A stretch of DNA of 64,000 bases from Gemmatimonadota bacterium. GTDB lineage: Bacteria; Gemmatimonadota; Gemmatimonadetes; Gemmatimonadales; GWC2-71-9. The stretch is from NCBI GenBank assembly GCA_041477065.1, contig JBGOUQ010000021.1, forward strand, positions 1,060 to 65,059, written 5' to 3'. A model generated the notes under the pieces. It made no database searches and was not told the origin of the DNA. It was given only the letters and a program-made list of their open reading frames with translations. Position numbers and translations under genes: made by a program. Positions 9,489 to 15,255 of this stretch are shown here, piece after piece. Every line of letters begins with the position of its first letter. Position 1 is the stretch's first letter.

Positions 9489-9540
9489 GCCCGACGCTTC
9501 CCCTCGACGCCTTTCCTCGACGCCGTTCCTCGACGATTTT
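9489..9540 (-). promoter_or_regulatory. 3.5 tandem copies of a 13-bp unit (minus strand CGTCGAGGAAC); candidate autoregulated ECF promoter (GGAAC-N15-CGTC)
   Basis: CCTCGACG recurs at 9502, 9515 and 9528, exactly 13 bp apart, with a partial copy at 9489. On the minus strand this gives GGAAC (9529-9525) followed 15 nt later by CGTC (9509-9506), upstream of the sigma gene. Confidence 0.35.
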
Positions 9541-9547
9541 CGTACCC

Positions 9548-10699
9548 ATGCACACCGCCCGTCGCACCCACGGCTTCACCGAATCCGTCATCCGCGGGAT
9601 GACCCGCGTCGCCACCGAGCACGGCGCCATCAACCTCGCGCAGGGTTTCCCCAACTTCCCCGCCCCCGACGTGATCAAGGAAGCGGCCGCCCGCGCGATC
9701 CGCGCGGACATCAACCAGTACGCCATCACCTGGGGAGCCAAGCGGCTGCGCGATGCGCTCGCCCAGAAGTACGCGGACTGGTACGCCATGGCGCTGAACC
9801 CGGAGACCGAGCTGACCGTGACCTGCGGGGCCACCGAGGCGATGGCCGCGACCCTGCTCGCAATCGTCGATCCGGGCGATGAGGTGATCATCTTCGAGCC
9901 GTTCTACGAGAACTACGGCCCCGACGCGATCCTGTGCGGTGCGAGGCCGGTATACGTGCCGATGGCGCCGGGCGAGGGGCTCGATGTGGACCGGCTTAGC
10001 GCCGCGTTTTCGGCGCGCACGCGGGCGATCGTGATCTGCACGCCGAACAACCCGTCGGGGCACGTGTTCTCCGCGACCGAGCTCGACGCGATCGCGGCGC
10101 TGTGCCGCCGCCACGACGCCTACGCCGTCACCGATGAGATCTACGAGCACATCTACTACGCGGGGAAACACATCCCGATCGCGACCCTCGAGGGGATGCG
10201 GGAGCGGACCGTCACGATCAGCGGGGCCTCGAAGACCTACAGCATCACGGGGTGGCGCATCGGGACGATCGTCGCTCCCGCCGCCGTCACCGACGCGATC
10301 CGCAAAGTCCACGACTTTCTCACCGTGGGCGCGCCCGCGCCGCTGCAGGTGGGGGTGGCCGTAGGGATAGAGACGCTGGGCCGGGACTACTACGAAGGTC
10401 TGGCGCGCGACTACCGCGCGCGGCGCGACGTGCTGTGCGACGCGCTGCTCGCGGCGGGGTTCCGCTGCACGCCGCCCGCGGGTGCGTACTACGTGCTCGC
10501 GGACTTCTCGGCGCTGTCCGATCTCCCGGATGACGAATTCGCCCTGTGGCTCACGAAGGAGATCGGTGTCGCTCCGGTGCCGGGGTCGAGCTTCTACAGC
10601 CGGCCGGAGCTGGGACGGAAGTGGATCCGGTTCGCGTTTTGTAAGACCGAAGCAATGCTGCGGGAGGCGGCGGGGCGGCTGACGGCGGCGCGGCGTTAG
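9548..10699 (+). CDS. Pyridoxal-phosphate-dependent aminotransferase, class I/II (YbdL/kynurenine-aminotransferase-like)
   Basis: ORF track, 383 aa. Motifs include INLAQGFPNFP, CTPNNPSG and the PLP-lysine motif SGASKTYSITGWRIG. Confidence 0.9.
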   Translation: MHTARRTHGFTESVIRGMTRVATEHGAINLAQGFPNFPAPDVIKEAAARAIRADINQYAITWGAKRLRDALAQKYADWYAMALNPETELTVTCGATEAMAATLLAIVDPGDEVIIFEPFYENYGPDAILCGARPVYVPMAPGEGLDVDRLSAAFSARTRAIVICTPNNPSGHVFSATELDAIAALCRRHDAYAVTDEIYEHIYYAGKHIPIATLEGMRERTVTISGASKTYSITGWRIGTIVAPAAVTDAIRKVHDFLTVGAPAPLQVGVAVGIETLGRDYYEGLARDYRARRDVLCDALLAAGFRCTPPAGAYYVLADFSALSDLPDDEFALWLTKEIGVAPVPGSSFYSRPELGRKWIRFAFCKTEAMLREAAGRLTAARR

Positions 10700-12105
10700 C
10701 GCGGCGAACCGACCCCCGGGGCGTACAGCGACCGGATCCGCTGCGCGCGGAAGACGTAGCCGGCGTTGCCGATGATCTGCCACACGACCTGACCCGAAGC
10801 GTCGTACTCCTGCACGCGGCCTGTCGGCCCGAAGGCCACCAGCGTGCGGCCGCCGGGGAGATCCTGCGTGCTGCCGCCGAGCGGAACCGTGACGGCGGGA
10901 CTCGAACCGTACGAGCCCACCAGCGTTGCGGTATGCGCGTCCGGGTCGTAGACGTAGCGCTCCGCCCGCGAACCGGCGGGGTCGCCGAGGTTGTCGAGCA
11001 GGACGAAGTGCCGCGGCGCCGTCACGCGCAGACCGTGCTGCCGAGCGAACCCGGGGGCTCCAGGGGGGGGGGGAGCGCCGAGAAACTCGAATTGGTCGCG
11101 CAGGCCCCCCATCCGCCACAACACCGCGCCGGTCTGCGTGTCGATCTTCGTGAGCTCATTCAGGCTGCGGAACGAGACGATGAGATTGCCGTCGGTGTCG
11201 AGATCCAGGGCGTTGCCGTGCGTCCAGTTGACGGTCGGCCCGGCGCGGCCCGCCGGGTCGAGGTCGGTGATATCGAAGTGATCGAACGGGCTCCAGTCGA
11301 ACAGCGCCGTGCCCGTGGCGCTCAAGTGCTGCACCACGGTGCCCATGACCTGCGCGTTGGCGACGCCACCCACGGCCGTGAGGTCCATGATCCGGGTCTC
11401 GTCGCACATGATCCAGTAGCCGCCGCCCGGCTCGGCGATCAGATCGTGGAACCGGGGCTCGAGGCCGCGGGCGCACCCGAAGGTCCGCGTCACGTTGCCG
11501 AGGGGATCCACCTCGACCCAGAGATCGAGATCCGTCGGGTCGGGCGTCGTGGGGCGCGCCACGTAGCGCCCGGTCGGCTCGGCCTCGAAGTTGAGGCCGG
11601 GGCCGTCTGGGAAGCGCTGGTACCACACGACCCGCCCGGTGTTGTCGATGGCGAGACCGTACATCCCGGCGGCGAACACGACGAAACCGGGCGAGGGGTC
11701 CGGGCCCCCGGCGAAGTAGTGCGGGAGGTCGCCTGGCAGCGTATCGGTCGTGAAGACGAGGAGGACGCCGGGCACCGTCTGGCCCGCACCGTAGGCCACA
11801 ACCCGCAGCAGATACGGTGTCCCTGGCAGTAAGCCGAGGACGGGGACGACGGCCGAGTCGGCCGCAGGAGCCAGTGCCGGGGTGAGGCTGTCCAGCGTCG
11901 GCCCCTGCCCGTACTGGACCGCGACGCTGTCGGCAAATCGGACGCGCGCCGTTACGACCGCGCTGAGCGCGTTGTGCGGGTTCCGCGCGACGATGGCGGC
12001 GTCGATCACCGGGCTGGTCGGTGGCGTGAGGCCCGGCGGCTCGCCCTGGCAGGCGGCGAGCAGGCTGGTGGCGGCGAGAGCGCAGCGCGCGCAGCGGGTC
12101 GTCAC
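10696..12105 (-). CDS. Arylsulfotransferase (ASST)-like beta-propeller lipoprotein
   Basis: The track ORF 10696..12351 is trimmed to GTG 12105, which forms a GTGA overlap with the upstream stop. The N-terminus is (M)TTRCARCALAATSLLAAC, with a lipobox. WTHGNALDLDTDGNLIVSFRSLNELTKIDTQTGAVLWRMGG resembles the ASST family core. The family call is from memory of the motif only. Confidence 0.7.
   Translation of the reverse strand: MTTRCARCALAATSLLAACQGEPPGLTPPTSPVIDAAIVARNPHNALSAVVTARVRFADSVAVQYGQGPTLDSLTPALAPAADSAVVPVLGLLPGTPYLLRVVAYGAGQTVPGVLLVFTTDTLPGDLPHYFAGGPDPSPGFVVFAAGMYGLAIDNTGRVVWYQRFPDGPGLNFEAEPTGRYVARPTTPDPTDLDLWVEVDPLGNVTRTFGCARGLEPRFHDLIAEPGGGYWIMCDETRIMDLTAVGGVANAQVMGTVVQHLSATGTALFDWSPFDHFDITDLDPAGRAGPTVNWTHGNALDLDTDGNLIVSFRSLNELTKIDTQTGAVLWRMGGLRDQFEFLGAPPPPGAPGFARQHGLRVTAPRHFVLLDNLGDPAGSRAERYVYDPDAHTATLVGSYGSSPAVTVPLGGSTQDLPGGRTLVAFGPTGRVQEYDASGQVVWQIIGNAGYVFRAQRIRSLYAPGVGSPR
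11063..11073. repeat. G11 homopolymer (codes PPPP on the minus strand, in frame)
   Basis: Counted directly in the sequence. Confidence 0.95.
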
Positions 12106-15100
12106 CGCCGCCACGCTGGATTGTAGGCGTACTCGCCCACGAGCTCGATCGGGTCCGTTCCGTCCGCCCGCATGACGTGAATCTGCGAGTAGCAGGTGTA
12201 GTAGTCGCAATAGGAGACCGTGAACGCAATCAGGCGGCCGTCCTGGGACCAGGCGGGGTTTTTGGCCGTGGAGCCCACAATGACCGGCGTCACGCCCCCC
12301 CCGGTTGCGGCCATGCTGACGACGTCCGCGTAGCAGCCTTCGTAGTCGCAACCGTAGTCCCGGGTGAATGCGATCTTGGCGCCATCGGGTGACCAGGCGG
12401 GTTGGATGTCGGTGTAGGCTTCATTGGTGAGGCGGGTGACCCCCGTGCCGTCGACGTTCATGACGTAGATCTGCGCGTACCCGCTGCGATTGCTCTGGAA
12501 GACGATCTTCAGTCCGTCGGGCGACCACGCGGGGTCGGCGTCGACGCCGACGTCGTTCGTGAGCCGCACCTGATTCGATCCATCGGCGTTCATCTCGTAG
12601 ATCTCGGAATTGCCGCCCCGCCCGCTGACAAAGGCGATCTTGGTGCCGTCCTTCGACCACGTTGGATGGGAGCCCCCGAGGGTCGTGAGCCGCACCTGGT
12701 TCGCGCCGCTGGCATCCATCACGTAGATCTCGGGGTTCCCGTCACGCTGGCTGCTGAAGGCGATCTTCGCGCCCCCCGGCGACCAGGCGGGCTCGACGTC
12801 GTCTCCGGGGGCCGTCGTGAGCCGCGTCAGCCCGGCCCCGTTGGATTTGATCACGTAGATGTCGGTGTTCCCATCTACCCAGGACGCGAAGGCGAGCGGC
12901 GCGGCTTCCAGGCACGCGACGGCGAATGCAAGCGAAGCGGCTTGCCCGACGGCTACCGTGACGGGGCGAGGGTTCTGGCCGGCCGGGTCGCAGTTCTGGG
13001 CCACGCCGATGAGCCGTACCGCGTAGTCTCCCGGCAGCAATCGAGCAATGGTTGCGGTCGCGTTGGCCCCCATCACGACGACCGTGTCGACTCCCGACGC
13101 TTGTACGTCGACGTAATAGCCGTTCGTATCGGGATCGACCCCCGAGGTCGCCACGGTCACTTCGACGCTTCCCGTCGTCGCGGCGCAGGTCAAGGAGAAC
13201 GTCGTGCGCGCGGTGTCCTTGGTCGTTCCCCCGGTGGTCACGGCCAGCATCCGCGGGTTTGACCCGCCGATCGCGCAGTTCCCCACTACGCCGTCGAGCA
13301 GGACGCTGTGGCTTCCCGCGCTGAGCCCGTTGACAACGGCGACGCCGTTTGTGGGAACCACCACGGGTGGCCGGTTGTCCACGCGGACGCTGTAGCCGTT
13401 CGCATCGAGATCGGCACCGGAGGTCGCGGCCGTGACCTCAATGCTCGCGGTCGTCGCAAAGCAGCTGACGCCGAACGTCGTCCGGACCGTATCCCGCGTG
13501 GCGCCGCCCGTCGTGACCGTCACGGTGCGCGGGTTGCTCCCGCCGACCGGGCAATTCCCCGCCGCCGCGGCCAGGGTGACGCTGTGATCCCCACCGGCGA
13601 CGCCGCTGAACCCCACGGTCCCGTTCACGGCGAGTGGCTGCGGCGACCCGCCATCGACCTGCACCGTGTAGCCATCCGGGTCGAGGTCGGCGCCCGTCGT
13701 CGCCGCGGAGACTTCGATACGACCGGTCAAAGCGCTGCACGTGAGCTGGAACGTGGTGCGCGCCGTATCCCGCGTTGCGCCGCCCGTCGTGACCGTCACG
13801 GTGCGCGGGTTGCTGCCCCCACCCACCGGGCAATTCCCCGCCGCGGCGCCAAGGGTGATGCTGTGGTCCCCGCCGGCGACGCCGCTGAACCCCACGGTCC
13901 CGTTCACGGCGAGTGGCTGCGGAGATCCGCCGTCGACCTGTACCGTGTAGCCGTCCGGGTCGAGATCGATACCCGAGGTCGCCGCCGTCACCTCGATGCG
14001 GCCGGTCAAGGCGCCGCACGTGAGCTGGAACGTGGTGCGCGCCGTATCCCGCGTCGCGCCCCCCGTCGTGACCGTCACGGTGCGCGGGTTGCTCCCGCCG
14101 ACCGGACAATTCCCCGCCGCGGCGCCCAGGGTGATGCTGTGGTCCCCCCCGGCGACGCTGAAGCCAACGGTCCCGTTCACCGCAAGGGGCTGCGGCGAGC
14201 TGCCATCGACCTGCACGGTGTAGCCATCCGGGTCGAGATCGAGGCCCGTCGTCGCCGCCGTCACCTCGATGCGGCCGGTGGCCGCGCCGCAAGTGACGCT
14301 GAACGTCGTCCGCGCGGTATCCCGCCTCGCCACGCCCGTCGTGACCGACACGGCGCGCGGGTTGGTTCCGCCGACCGGGCAGTTGCCGGCCGCGCCGCCG
14401 AACGAGAGTAGATGGTCGCCCCCGGAGACGCCGATGAAGCGGATGGTGCCGTTCAGCTCCGCGACCTGCGGCGACCCCCCGTCCAATCGCACGGCGTAGC
14501 CGTCGGGATCGAGGTCGAGACCTGTGGTCGTCGTCTTGACTTCGACGATGCCGGTCGTGGACAGACAGGTGAGGGCGAAATTCACCTGCGCGACCTCGCC
14601 GGCGCCGAGGGTGACGGTGCGGGAGGTGGTCCCGCCCGGGCAGTTGCCCACGATCCCCCCCAAGTCCACCGTATGGCTGCCGGGGGTCAACCGGGTGATG
14701 CTCACGGTGCCGTTCACGGGGATGGCCACCGGCAGCGCACCGTCCACCGCCACGCCATAGCCGTCCGGATCGAGGTCGATCCCGTCCGTCGCGACCGTGA
14801 CCTGGACGCCAGTTGCGACGCAGTCGACCGCGAACGGCGCGGAAGCCGTATCGACCACGGTGACCCGAACCGAGCGGGAGGTCCCTCCACTCACACTGCA
14901 ATTCCCGGCCACCCCGCGCAGCTCCACCTGGTGGGCCCCGGTGTCCAGGGGCGCGATGACCAGCACCTGGTTCAGACCCAGGGCCACGTCGGAAGCGCCG
15001 TCGATCCGCAGGCTGTAGCCGTCGAGATCGAGATCGCCGCCAGCCGTGGCGACCGTCACCCGGAGGGCTCCCTTGCTCTGGAGTCCAAAGGGTGGTTCGC

Positions 15101-15152
15101 AGGACGCGGCGATGGCCGCGGCCAGCGCGAGGAGTGCGAGGCGACTGCGCAT
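12102..15152 (-). CDS. Lipoprotein A: 8 tandem DxDxDG/two-Cys modules + C-terminal TolB-like (PD40) beta-propeller
   Basis: The track ORF 12102..15383 is trimmed to ATG 15152, giving MRSRLALLALAAAIAASC (lipobox). It has eight ~85-93-aa modules of the form ..G.DLDPDGY.V.VDG....L..NGTV.F.G...GDH...L.G.AGNC.V.G.NPR.V.V..G.......F.L.C. PD40-type repeats follow (D..PAWSPDG.KIAF.S.R.G..EIYVM..DG....RLT). Confidence 0.9.
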   Translation of the reverse strand: MRSRLALLALAAAIAASCEPPFGLQSKGALRVTVATAGGDLDLDGYSLRIDGASDVALGLNQVLVIAPLDTGAHQVELRGVAGNCSVSGGTSRSVRVTVVDTASAPFAVDCVATGVQVTVATDGIDLDPDGYGVAVDGALPVAIPVNGTVSITRLTPGSHTVDLGGIVGNCPGGTTSRTVTLGAGEVAQVNFALTCLSTTGIVEVKTTTTGLDLDPDGYAVRLDGGSPQVAELNGTIRFIGVSGGDHLLSFGGAAGNCPVGGTNPRAVSVTTGVARRDTARTTFSVTCGAATGRIEVTAATTGLDLDPDGYTVQVDGSSPQPLAVNGTVGFSVAGGDHSITLGAAAGNCPVGGSNPRTVTVTTGGATRDTARTTFQLTCGALTGRIEVTAATSGIDLDPDGYTVQVDGGSPQPLAVNGTVGFSGVAGGDHSITLGAAAGNCPVGGGSNPRTVTVTTGGATRDTARTTFQLTCSALTGRIEVSAATTGADLDPDGYTVQVDGGSPQPLAVNGTVGFSGVAGGDHSVTLAAAAGNCPVGGSNPRTVTVTTGGATRDTVRTTFGVSCFATTASIEVTAATSGADLDANGYSVRVDNRPPVVVPTNGVAVVNGLSAGSHSVLLDGVVGNCAIGGSNPRMLAVTTGGTTKDTARTTFSLTCAATTGSVEVTVATSGVDPDTNGYYVDVQASGVDTVVVMGANATATIARLLPGDYAVRLIGVAQNCDPAGQNPRPVTVAVGQAASLAFAVACLEAAPLAFASWVDGNTDIYVIKSNGAGLTRLTTAPGDDVEPAWSPGGAKIAFSSQRDGNPEIYVMDASGANQVRLTTLGGSHPTWSKDGTKIAFVSGRGGNSEIYEMNADGSNQVRLTNDVGVDADPAWSPDGLKIVFQSNRSGYAQIYVMNVDGTGVTRLTNEAYTDIQPAWSPDGAKIAFTRDYGCDYEGCYADVVSMAATGGGVTPVIVGSTAKNPAWSQDGRLIAFTVSYCDYYTCYSQIHVMRADGTDPIELVGEYAYNPAWRR
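13461..14288 (-). repeat. Three near-identical tandem module copies (period ~276-279 bp) inside lipoprotein A (modules 4-6)
   Basis: Positions 13741-13800 and 14021-14080 differ at only 2-3 of 60 nt. The protein units GAATGRIEVTAATTGLDLDPDGYTVQVDG..., GALTGRIEV... and SALTGRIEV... are nearly identical. Confidence 0.9.
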
Positions 15153-15255
15153 GGAAACCCTCCGGGTTCGCTCCAACGCTAGACCGGTGCCAGCCACGTG
15201 TCGGTCACGTGAAGTCGTCACAGGGTCACGTCCCCGATTCCGGCGCACCGGGCGC

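Noticed and set aside
8843-11119. A 758-aa minus-strand ORF spanning the sigma gene, the intergenic region and the aminotransferase.
   Set aside because: Its composition is extremely Arg/Pro/Gly-rich. It runs off-frame or antisense to two genes that have clear family motifs. This is a typical GC-driven open frame.
13438-14901. Regularly spaced small plus-strand ORFs (13741, 13996, 14269, 14524, 14797) and the 487-aa minus ORF. The regular spacing could suggest a CRISPR-like or satellite array.
   Set aside because: The periodicity is the ~255-280-bp coding module repeat of lipoprotein A, lying in one continuous ORF. There is no short repeat/spacer structure and there are no cas genes.
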